From Reclinomonas americana ATCC 50394 (lineage: Eukaryota): 64,000 bases of DNA. Position numbers and translations under genes: made by a program. Within the stretch, counting starts at the first letter, position 1; every line of letters begins with the position of its first letter. Below, in pieces: positions 39,308 to 50,735 of the stretch. The DNA lies in NCBI GenBank assembly GCA_048213135.1, contig PS015114.1, positions 1 through 64,000 of the forward strand, in the 5' to 3' direction. Below the pieces are notes generated by a model. The model made no database searches. It saw nothing but the letters and a program-made list of their open reading frames with translations, and was not told where the DNA came from.

Positions 39308-41162
39308 ATGGCATCTGCTGCTGCTGTCGCTGAGTGGGTGTTGTATTACTGGCCGGGCATGCCTGGTAACGATGACGCACAGTGCTCACAAAGAAAGAAC
39401 GGCCTCTCTAACGACACAACACAGGTCGCGGAGACTTTCTCCGACTCATCTTTGAGGAGACCGGAACGCCCTACTCCGACGTCTCCAACGCAGTCCCTGT
39501 GAGTGCCTCTGAGACACACAGACAGAGGGAAAGAACATTCTCTCAGTGAGTGTGCGTTGCGCAGAAAGCCGATGGAGCGCGACTCGTGTTTGAGTTCATG
39601 CAACAGCAACGATCGACGGGCGTCGGCTATGCACCTCCGTTTGTGGTGCACAATGGCGAGCTGGTGCTCTCACAGACCCCGATCTCCACCAAGTACCTCG
39701 CGAAGCACCTCGTTGCGTGAGTGAGAGAGAGAGAAAGAAGAGAGAAAGATGCGAGATAAGTGCTGAGATCTTGCGCAGGCTGGTGGTGTCTTGTGGCCGT
39801 CGAGTTGCGCGGATTGATGGTGGTTGTTCTAGTGTGTATTATGTCTCTCATTGTTGATCTTGTTTTTTTGGGGGACAGCGGAGGAGCAGCAGCTGCATGC
39901 GGAGATCCTCGTGCAGGGCATTGCGGAGCTGGTCGATGTCGGCTGCGAGTGCTGGCATCCACTGCATCCCAACAAGCTTTGTTGACTCCTGCCGTAGTGC
40001 AGTGCAATCACCTTTGTGTTGACGCTGTGTGTGTGTGCAGGTCGTTTGCGGAGAACCGCGGACCGGAGCAGGACCATCGCATCGGCCTCTTCAAGGAGAT
40101 CTTCATGCCGCGTCGCTGCAACTTTTTGGAGGCTGCACTGAAGCGCGGCAAGGGCGAGTACTATGTCGGCGATCAGCTAACGTATGTGGACCTGGTGGCG
40201 TACCACTTGGAGGCGGGTCTCGCGTTCCAGTGTCCCGAGGAGTGGGAGGCGTTGGATGTTGCGGGAGGGGGGAGAAGGAGGGGAAGGGGGGAGGGGGAGG
40301 AGGAGGGGGAAGGGAGAAGGAGGGGAAGGGGGAGGGGGAAGGGGGAAGGGGGAAGGAAAAGGAGCAGGCAAGAGGATGGGGGAGAGAAGGACGAAATAAG
40401 TAGGAGAGACGAGGAGACAAAGGGCAGACGCTGCGGTTAAGAAAACGCAGCGAAGACAGAGAGGAAAGCAGAAGAAATGAGAAGGGGAGCAGGAGAGAAA
40501 CGTGGTGACGATACGGCCGACAGTGAAAATCAGTGAAGAGAGGCAGAGAGAGGGAAAGGACAAATAAGAAGTGGAGTACAGGGGGATAGACTGAGCAATG
40601 AGAGAGAGGGAGAAAAAGGGAAGCAGCAATGAATGCAACGAAACGGCAGACAGTTACGAAACGTACCGAAGGGAGACGGGGCAGGAGAAAGAAAGGAGAA
40701 ACAGGAGGGAAGGGCAAGCAAGTGAGTGAAAGGAACAGCGAAGCCTGTTTTCGTTTCTTGCTCGTGCCCGTGAATCTTTCCTTTCCATCCTGTCCCCTCT
40801 CCGTTCGCTGTCACCGTCATCCCTTTCGACTCCTGCTCACATGCTTCCCTCTCTATCTCTCTCTCTCCGTGACAGAGAAAGAACGAATAGAGAGGAGGGC
40901 CTGAGCTGAACAGACGGGCAAGAATAGTGCCAGCGAGAAAAAGAGGGAGGATCGGCAAAAATCTCACTGAGATCTCTCTGCAGATCCCCCTGGTGAAGGC
41001 GCACATGCAGCGCATCGCCGAGCGACCCAACGTGGCCGCCTTCCTCAGCAGGTACACCCCCTCAGCCATCCGCACACACCCAACACGAACCGTGTGTGTC
41101 TCATCTCAGCAACACACAGCTCGCGTCACTTCCCCTTCGACGGCACCTCGCCCTGCATGTGA
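39308..41162 (+). CDS. Glutathione S-transferase, copy 2 (tandem duplicate)
   Basis: Same exon structure and near-identical exons as copy 1. Introns remain alignable. Confidence 0.88.
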
Positions 41163-41316
41163 CACACGCTCGCCGAATGTGGAAAAAAACACTTGGTACA
41201 ATGTGACTTACACACAAACACACACACACATGCGGCGAATCGCTCTCCAAAAGCCGCGCAAGGAGCGGCGGAGGGAGTGTGCAACTGAATGTGAATGAAA
41301 TGAGTGAGAGGCTGGC

Positions 41317-42024
41317 TTATCGGAGAGAGGTCTGGAAACGCGCGGCGAATTCGGTACGCGCGCGCTCCTCCTCCGTATCCTTCTCCTTTTCCTCCCGCTC
41401 CAGCTCCTTCTTGTACTGCATGAGCTGTGTCGCGCGCAAACAAAGTAAGCAATGCGCGGTGCGAGAGTGAGAGAGTGAGAAGGAGACGCAACTCGCAAGT
41501 TCTCCTCGTAAATCTGCTTGTAAAAGTCGCGCTTGGCCGCCTGGTACTCCGCCTCGGCCTCGGCGCTGGCGTGCAGCTGATCCTGCCACACCTCCGTCAG
41601 TCTCTTCTCCGCCGCCTGCTCCGCTCGTCTCTTGGCCTCCAGCAACTCCAGGTGCTCCTCCATCTCCGCCTTGCGGGCGGCTCTGTGTGTCATCAACAAC
41701 AACGAGGCGAGTCAGTTGAGTGCGGAGAGAGAGAGAGAGAGGGNNNNNNNNNNNNNNNNNNNNNNNNNNNNNNNNNNNNNNNNNNNNNNNNNNNNNNNNN
41801 NNNNNNNNNNNNNNNNNNNNNNNNNNNNNNNNNNNNNNNNNNNNNNNNNNNNNNNNNNNNNNNNNNNNNNNNNNNNNNNNNNNNNNNNNNNNNNNNNNNN
41901 NNNNNNNNNNNNNNNNNNNNNNNNNNNNNNNNNNNNNNNNNNNNNNNNNNNNNNNNNNNNNNNNNNNNNNNNNGTCGTCGTCTCTCTCTCTCTCTACTCT
42001 CTCCTCCTCCTCCCTCCCTCCCTC

Positions 42025-42076
<52 letters not shown>

Positions 42077-42391
42077 TCCCTCTTTCTCTGTGCGTGACAG
42101 TAACTCAACTGCAGCTCCAGCTTGTCATCAAGACCACCAAAAATCTCCTTCTTGCGATCATCCTCCAGCTTGCGAATGGCCTCCACACGCGCCTGCTGCT
42201 TGCGCGTCTCCAGGTCGAACTCCTGATCACTGTGACACGGGCGCGTGTGTGTGTGTGTGTAAGCAAGTCGGGACATGACGCACACACACACACACGTAGT
42301 CAAACACCAACACACACACATCACGCAACATGTTCTCCTCGTTGTTGCGCGAGGCCCGCTTTGGTCGGTTCAAGATCGACTGACGTTGCAT
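41317..42391 (-). CDS. Small coiled-coil protein (spans a gap), possibly a ciliary microtubule inner protein
   Basis: MQRQSILNRPKR..., charged helical exons, C-terminus FQTSLR, which is loosely reminiscent of RIB43A-type ends. Confidence 0.5.
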
Positions 42392-42492
42392 TTGCGCACA
42401 GAGCTTTGACTTCAATTGGGGAAATGGCGAGCGAAATGGCGACCGAAGTGGTCCGTCTGCCCGTCGGACCGTGAAACAACAAAGTGTTTGTT

Positions 42493-43607
42493 ATGAGCGG
42501 GGGCATTGGACGATCACGCGCTCTGTCGCTCTATCGCTCGTTTATGCGCGCGGGAAACGTGCGTGTTGCGCGGGAGAGTGAGAGAAGACATGTCGCGTTG
42601 GTGACACTGACACACACTCTCTTCCGTGCAGGAGTTTCGCGATTATAACTTTCGCGAGTATGGTGCGTGCAGGCAGAGAGAGAGAGAGAGAAGGAGAAGA
42701 GGAAGGAGAAGGAGAAGACGAAGAAGAAGAAGAAGAAGNNNNNNNNNNNNNNNNNNNNNNNNNNNNNNNNNNNNNNNNNNNNNNNNNNNNNNNNNNNNNN
42801 NNNNNNNNNNNNNNNNNNNNNNNNNNNNNNNNNNNNNNNNNNNNNNNNNNNNNNNNNNNNNNNNNNNNNNNNNNNNNNNNNNNNNNNNNNNNNNNNNNNN
42901 NNNNNNNNNNNNNNNNNNNNNNNNNNNNNNNNNNNNNNNNNNNNNNNNNNNNNNNNNNNNNNNNNNNNNNNNNNNNNNNNNNNNNNNNNNNNNNNNNNNN
43001 NNNNNNNNNNNNNNNNNNNNNNNNNNNNNNNNNNNNNNNNNNNNNNNNNNNNNNNNNNNNNNNNNNNNNNNNNNNNNNNNNNNNNNNNNNNNNNNNNNNN
43101 NNNNNNNNNNNNNNNNNNNNNNNNNNNNNNNNNNNNNNNNNNNNNNNNNNNNNNNNNNNNNNNNNNNNNNNNNNNNNNNNNNNNNNNNNNNNNNNNNNNN
43201 NNNNNNNNNNNNNNNNNNNNNNNNNNNNNNNNNNNNNNNNNNNNNNNNNNNNNNNNNNNNNNNNNNNNNNNNNNNNNNNNNNNNNNNNNNNNNNNNNNNN
43301 NNNNNNNNNNNNNNNNNNNNNNNNNNNNNNNNNNNNNNNNNNNNNNNNNNNNNNNNNNNNNNNNNNNNNNNNNNNNNNNNNNNNNNNNNNNNNNNNNNNN
43401 NNNNNNNNNNNNNNNNNNNNNNNNNNNCGTGCAGCACTGAGACACATTCGCGAGGACTTCCGGTCGCCTTCTGTGGCCGCGCGAATGACGGAGGCGAGTG
43501 CGGCGGAGGAGCTGCAGCGTGTGCGGAGAATGGCACTGGTGAATGCAATGTTTACGCAGCGTCCGTCGGTGATTGAGCAGGAGGTGCAGCAGCAGAGGCG
43601 CAAGTAG
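42493..43607 (+). CDS. LYRM4: LYR-motif protein ISD11/LYRM4
   Basis: LSLYRSFMRAGN|EFRDYNFREY|ALRHIREDFR...ELQRVRRMALVNAMF..SVIE. Confidence 0.88.
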
Positions 43608-43725
43608 ATGAGTAAAGCGAATGATGAAGACGACAAACTATGCAGGCGCTGTGTACTCTACTCTCCGTACTATCCGCCAATCCATCGATTGCATCCATCA
43701 CACTTATCTCTCACGCACGCACGCA

Positions 43726-44738
43726 ATGGCAAAGGTATGTACTCGTGTGTGCTTGCACTCTTGCCTTCCTGTGTGAGTGACTGGCGCAACAGGTCTTGAA
43801 GGGGCACACCGGGCTGGTGATGACTGTCGCCGTTGCTCCTGATGGCGAGCACATCATCAGTGGAAGCGATGATCGGACGGTGCGAGTGTGGTCGATGGTC
43901 ACAGGCAAGCAAGTGCGGCGATTGAGAGGGCACACTGGCCCTGTTTATTCTGTCGCCGTCACTCCCGATGGTCAACACATCGTGAGTGGCAGTACAGACA
44001 TGACAGCGAGAGTGTGGTTGCTGGCGAGTGGCGAAGAAGTTCGACGGTTTGAGGGGCACACTCATGCTGTGATGTCTGTTGTTGTCACCCCTGATGGACA
44101 GCACATCGTGAGCAGGAGCATGGACAATACCGAGCGAGTGTGGTCCCTGGCAAGAGGTGAAGAAGTACGACCTAAGAAGGACTTCGGGATCTTTGAAACT
44201 GTTAACGTTGTCTTCGCCATCACTCCCGATCGCCAGTACACTGTGAGGATATGAAAACCGTGACATGAGCGTGCGAGTCTGGTCAAGTGGGGAGGAAGTG
44301 CGACGGCTGCAGGGACACACTGGAGAGGTGCGGTCCTTGGTCGTCACGCCCGATGGTCAGCACGTTGTGAGTGGCAGCAATGACAGAACAGTGCGAGTGT
44401 GGTCGCTAACAAGTGGCGAGGAAGTGCGACAGTTGAAGGGGCATACTGGTCCGGTGAAGTCTGTCGCTGTCACCCCTGATGGTCAGCATATTGTGAGTGG
44501 GAGCGAGGACCGGACTGTGCGAGTGTGGTCCACACCGCGTGGCCTCGCTCGTCTCGAGATGGACTGCGCACAGTTGGCCCAGTGTGCTGTGCGGGAGATG
44601 CAGGAAGAGATGGAGGGCGAAGAAGCGGACTGTCGGTGTCTGCCTCAGATGGTGCTGCGCTGCTTCATCGTCGAGGATGCGGGTGTCGTGGTGCATCGGT
44701 GCCTTGTTGATGCGGCTGGGACGTTTGGTGAATGGTGA
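43726..44738 (+). pseudogene. WD40-repeat gene copy 1, disrupted
   Basis: About six repeats. The fourth is degenerate, with an in-frame TGA at 44252-44254 and a frame change before MSVRVW. The conserved tail is still present. Confidence 0.65.
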
Positions 44739-44828
44739 CAACTGCCTTGTTCTTCTTCTATAGATCTATGTTCCTGCAATCCGTTCGTTCCATCTTATTT
44801 CTTCTTTTGCTCGTGCCCGGAATAAAAA

Positions 44829-45080
44829 ACAGCAACAACAACTATTCTAATCCAAACAGCAACACAGCTGCATGATGATCACCATCTTGAGTGAGCACCA
44901 GAAACTCAGACATCGATAATATCGCGATATCACGGAATTCGAATTCGAAACACTGAGCGAAAGTCGAGATGTAAATCGTGTGTGGAAGCAAAGCAACACG
45001 ACAAGAAAAGTGGGAGCCTAACATCAAGATGGTGATATCATGCAGCTGTGTGCTGTTTGGATTAAGTTGTTGTTGTTGCT
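44829..45080. mobile_element. MITE-like element or long hairpin with about 60-bp imperfect inverted arms
   Basis: Left arm agcaacaacaact..taatccaaacagcaacacagctgcatgatgatcaccatcttga; right arm tcaagatggtgatatcatgcagctgtgtgctgtttggattaagttgttgttgttgct. Confidence 0.65.
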
Positions 45081-45142
45081 TCTACTTCAATAAGATTTGA
45101 CATTCCATCGCTCGCGAGTTCATCCACGCCTTCTCACTCTCG

Positions 45143-45184
<42 letters not shown>

Positions 45185-45193
45185 ACGAGCGCC

Positions 45194-46359
45194 ATGATTA
45201 CGAAGGTATGCTCGTGTGTGCTCGTGTGTGCTTGTGTGTGCATGCACTCTTGTCTCCTTGTGCACCTCACTGTGCGTGACTGGCGCGCCAGGTCTTTCAA
45301 GTGCACACTGCAACTGTGCAGTCTGTCGCCGTCACTCCCGACGGCCGGCACATTGTCGGCGGCAGTTCAGACAAGACTGTGCGGGTGTGGTCGCTGGCGA
45401 GCGGAGAAGAAGTACGACGACTGAAGGGGCACATTTGGGGTGTGTCGTCTGTCGCCGTCACTCCCGATGGTCAACACATAGTGAGTGGCAGTACGGACAA
45501 GTCAGTGCGAGTGTGGTCCGTGGCGAGTGGAGAACAAGTGCGACGGTTTAAGGGACACACCAATGCTGTGACGTCTGTCGCTATCACTCCCGATGGTCAG
45601 CATGTGGTGAGTGGAGGCTATGCAGTGACTGTTCGAGTGTGGTCACTGGCAAGTGGAGAACAAGTGCGACGGCTGGAGGGACACACTAATGCTGTGACGT
45701 CTGTCGCTGTCACTCCCGATGGTCAGTATGTGGTGAGTGGGAGTGCCGACAAGTCTGTGCGAGTGTGGTCGCTGGCGAGCGGTGAGGAGGTGCGACGGCT
45801 GGAGGGGCACTTTTGGACCGTTGAATGTGTTGCTGTCACTCCCGATAGCCAGTACATTGTGAGTGGAGGTGGCATCCTTGACATGACCATGCGCGTATGG
45901 TCTTTGGCGAGCGGCGAGGAAGTGCGAAGGTTGGAGGAGAGACACACTGGCGCTGTGCGGCACTTGGTCGTCACTCCCGATGGCCAGCACGTTGTGAGTG
46001 GGAGCAGCGACAAGACAGTGCGCATGTGGTCGCTGGCGAGTGGCGAGCAAGTGCACCAACTGGAGGGACACACTGAAGGGGTGTTGTCTGTCGCCGTCTC
46101 TCCCGATGGTCAGCACATTGTGAGCGGCAGCGCAGACAGCACCGTGCGCGTGTGGTCCACGCCGTATGGCCTCGCTCGTCTCGAGATCGACTGCGCACGC
46201 TTGGCCCAGCGCGCTGTGCGCGAGATGCAGGAGGAGACAGAGGGAGAAGAACCGGACTGCCGGTGTCTTCCCGAGATGGTGCTGCGCTGTTTCATCGTCG
46301 AGGATGCGGAAGTTGTGTTGCATAGGCGCCTTGTTGATCCAGCTGGGATGTTTTGGTGA
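45194..46359 (+). CDS. WD40-repeat protein copy 2 (7 repeats + SOCS/BC-box-like tail)
   Basis: MITK|intron|seven GH..V.SVAVTPDG..IVSGS.D.TVRVW repeats, then RLEIDCARLA...CLPEMVLRCF. Confidence 0.88.
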
Positions 46360-46682
46360 GACACTGGCAAAAGCTCTCTGGTTTCCTGCAGTCTGTGTGT
46401 CAGTTCCTTGCTCCTTCTCTTCTTGATGTTGCTTTCTGCCCGGAGTAAAACCGAGTCAGGTGCAAGGTGGTTGAATGATGAGTCCCTACAGGTGGGAGAC
46501 TGAAGAGGTGCACGACGTTCCGTCGGATGCTACTCCTCACCAACAGAACGCAAGTGACCGCAAAAAACACCAGTTTTTTTTTGAAGATACAGGCTGTCTT
46601 CAAGCTGCCGGGTTTGAACGTCAAGGTTGTCAGCCGCGATCCTGTCACACTCTCTCTCTCACACACACGCACACACAACGCA

Positions 46683-47853
46683 ATGACATCGAAGGTATGC
46701 GTTCGTGCTCGTGCTTTGTGTGTGCACTCTTGCCTTCTCGCGCACCTAATGACTGGCGCAACAGGTCTTGAGAGGGCACACCGGGGTGGTGATGACTGTC
46801 GCCGTCTCTCCAGATGGTGAACACATCATCAGTGGAAGCGATGATCGGACGGTGCGAGTGTGGTCTATGGTCACTGGCAAGCAAGTGCGGCGACTGAGAG
46901 GGCACGCTGGCCCTGTCTATTCTGTCGCCGTCACTCCCGATGGTCAACACATCGTGAGTGGCAGTACGGACATGACAGTGCGAGTGTGGTCCGTGGCGAG
47001 TGGAGAACAAGTGAGACAGTGTGAGGGGCACACTCACGCTGTGATGTCTGTCACTCTCACACCCGATGGTCAGCATGTGGTGAGTGGGAGCATGGACGGA
47101 ACAGTGCGTGTGTGGTCACTGGCGACTGGAGAACAAGTGCGACGGCTGGGGGGACACACTGATGGTGTGATGTCCGTCACTGTCACTCCCGATGGTCAGC
47201 ATGTGGTGAGTGGGAGTGCCGACAAGTCTGTGCTGGTGTGGTCCTTGGCGAGTGGCAAAGGAAGGTGCCAGCTGCAGCTTTCGGAACACAGTCGCGCAGT
47301 GCGGTCGGTTGCCGTCACTCCCGATAGTCAGCACGTCGTCAGTCCTGTTTATGAGGACGTTGCCTATGGAGGTATCATCTTTGACGTGACAGTGCGAGTG
47401 TGGTCTTTGGCGAGTGGCAATGAAGTGCGACGGCTGCGGGGGCACACCGACCCTGTGCGGCACTTGGTCGTCACTCCCGATGGTACGCACGTTGTGAGCG
47501 GAAGTATCGACAAGACAGTGCGCGTGTGGTCATTGGCGAGTGGCGAGGAAGTGCGAAAGTTGGAGGGGCACACTTCCGGGGTGCACTCTGTCGCTGTTAC
47601 TTGTGATGGTCAGCATATTGTGACTGGGGGCGAGGACCGGACTGTGCGAGTGTGGTCCACGCCGAATGGCCTCGCTCGTCTCGAGATCGACTGCGCACGC
47701 TTGGCCCAGCGCGCTGTGCGCGAGATGCAGGAAAAGATAGAGGGAGAAGAAGCGGACTGTCGGTGTCTGCCTGAGATGGTGCTGCGCTGTTTCATCGTCG
47801 AGGATGCAGATGTCGTGAGGTGCCGTGTTGATCCAGCTGGGATGTTTTGGTGA
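46683..47853 (+). CDS. WD40-repeat protein copy 3 (7 repeats + SOCS/BC-box-like tail)
   Basis: MTSK|intron|seven repeats and the same tail. Confidence 0.88.
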
Positions 47854-48029
47854 GACACTGGTCTGTTTCCAGCTCTCTGCGTGCCTATTCCGTGCAGGAG
47901 TTTGCTTTTGAACGAAATGTATTTTAACTGTTTTGCAGCTTCTCCCTTGTCTTGGCGGATGAGAACTGCTCTTCTGCGCTTCTTGATACGATCAATATTC
48001 TTCCGTTTTTATGCAGATACAAGAGGAGA

Positions 48030-50703
48030 TTAACTTTCATTACGGTGAAACCATGAACGAGAAACATTAACAGGACCCTGAACTTCATCTTCTTCTTCTT
48101 CTTCCTCCTCCTTCTCTTCCTCCTCCTTGTCATCATCATAATCGTCGTCGTCATCGTCATAATCATCGTCGAAGTAGTCATCCTCAAATCTTTCATGGTC
48201 GGGCTCGTCGCGGCCAAAGTCGTAGTCGAGGAGGAAGCGATCGCTGAACCGTCCAGCACCATTCTCCACTGCAAGAATTGTGGAATGCAGTGAGAACAGG
48301 ACGTAAGTGATGACACGCTGCGCAGTTTCAGTCACCATGGAATCGCCGCTCAAAGTCCTTTCGACTGTGTTGCGCACGATCTGGCCATTTCTTAACTGGA
48401 GCAGAGTAGTAGTCGCCGTAGTCTTCTTGGAGCTTATCACCTGGGTTGCACGAGACGCAGCGAAGATGATAATCAGTATTCGGCATGCATCTTTCAACTG
48501 CACACACGCACACTCGCAAATAGCCGACACCAGAAGGTGTTGGTGCTCTCGGTTGAAGACGAGTTCCACAGGAGTGCCGTTTCCCGTGCTCATCTCGTAC
48601 CTGCGCGTGTTCGTCAGAGAGAACATCTCAGACAACAGACACGACGAGTGGTGGAGAACGAACGCCGGTGCGACCGGACGCCGGAAGTCAATACAGCGGA
48701 TGGACTGGCCCACACCAACGAAGGCGCAGAAACTGGTCTCCGAGTCGCCGAACAGCACTCCACCACTAGCCATGCCATCCATGTAGAGCGTGGCGACGGC
48801 GAGTGACGTGCGAAGATCAAACACCTTGACATAGCCGTCTGTGTACAACTCGATGATGAGAAAGCTGCGGCAGAGGCGCCATGAAGGGAACAACACACGA
48901 CACTCACCTCGACCCACGCCAAGGAGGAGATGGGGGGACACTGTGCAAGACCAGATTGAGAAAGGAAAACGCCCTACGATTGTGTTACTGGCGAGAGCGA
49001 CGGACGTACATTGGAAATCCATGTGCAAGCTGTTTGCATGACAGCTGACAAAGCCCGACAAGACCTGCTGCACAAGCTGCCGTTCCACGTTGACCAAGCA
49101 GATGTGCCCCCCAGGCGACACTGCAATCACGTCAGCAGCAGGCGAGACAGGACAGGCAACACCTGAGGCACAGGATAACAACATCAGCAGCACTCTCTAA
49201 CGCGACTGCACAGACCACCGCCACCGCTCGCCTTCAGACTGCCGAAAAGAGGAGCTCGCTTCACCTCGCTCGATCCGAATGTCAAATGTAGTGTGCGGCC
49301 GGACGCCACGCCTACGCTGCATTGACGAGATAAATGTTGGCGAGGCACAAGTGAACAGGATGGGTGGCGCTCAATCACCGTGCAATCTATCGCTTCCGAG
49401 CCACGTTTGTCAGCATCAACTCCTCCGTACGGCACACTGGAAAGTTGCTCCGGAACATCTTCCAGATTCCAGGTCATGAAGCGCGCGTTGGAGTTGGCGA
49501 TAAACACAGCCGTCAGTGTGTTTGCTGTCGGAATCAAAGCGGTGGGATTCTCCGCTTCCGCGAAGAGCACATGCTGGGGAAAAGTGTGGGAAAACGAGTC
49601 AGGCCGTACAGCTAGGGGAGGAGAGGGGAGAAGAGGGGAGGAGATGGGAGAGGAGAGGAGAGGAGAGGGAGAGGGAGAGAAGAGGGCCACTAATAAGGCA
49701 ACACCTTCCAGGAAGCAACGCAACTTCGTTGTCGTACAGATCATCTTCGTCGACATCGGGGCCCACACGAAATGCGCGGATGCGCTGATCACCGGCAGCC
49801 CACAGTAGCTGGTTGGAGTTGTCAAAGAACACCTTGTTAACTGAGCCGGAGAAGCCACTCTCGAGTTCATCGGACTCCGAGAGCTGCAAGACGGCAAGCG
49901 AAAATAAGTGAGCAGGGGTATACGCACAGAAGACTGGGAACAGACTCTGTCGGCACACATGGATAGATAGAGAATACTTGCACAGCTGATACATGCAGCT
50001 TGCTGAGAGATTGACAAAACTTCAATGAATCACACACGCTGCAACGCACACACACACACAACTGGTATCTACTGTCGACTACCAACAAGTCTAGTGTGCT
50101 AACACGAGGGAAGGCGAGCTCTGAAAAATCAACGTGTCCACACCTGGCCCGTTCTCTCCCCTCTTCAAACCGAGAATCAAACACGAATGCCGCGGTTTGT
50201 TGAAAGACATAAACCTCCACTGATCAGACTACACAATGAGCATCTGCCTCGACGCGTTCTCTGGTCCCTCTCAATCAAGAGAATCAAACACGCAAGCCAA
50301 AAGAATTCTTACTGATAGATAGACAGAACTACCTTGCGATATGATCTACCAGTGAGCACCAATAACCGTTGTCTGCATCAGGGACTGAATGCTCTGGCAA
50401 CAAATGCTTCTGTGGCCAAGCGCGTAAAGGATGCCTGCACAGTGGTCTCGCCTCATCTCTCTCTCTCTCTCACTCCTCACTGTTTTGCTGCTCGCTCTCT
50501 CACAGCAAGGCGAACACACTTGGCGACAATATTCAGTCAACCTCTCTACTCAATGGCAATACGTAACAGTGGCCGGGCCCCCCTCATGTTCTTGTAAAAG
50601 TGTGTACACGGCCAACTGCGCATCACGGTCCTTGTAGCCACCCTGTGCGACAGTCGGCGTTGAGCGACAAACGCTCCCCCCCCCCCCCCCCCTTCCCCCC
50701 TCA

Positions 50704-50735
<32 letters not shown>

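Noticed and set aside
33840-41162. G6PD next to two GSTs as a redox gene cluster
   Set aside because: One adjacency plus a recent duplication is not evidence of functional clustering without synteny data.
43796-47660. Regular 126-nt repeats as a CRISPR-like array or DGR
   Set aside because: They are in-frame coding WD40 repeats. There are no unique spacers, no cas or reverse-transcriptase gene, and no adenine-specific template/variable pair was evident.
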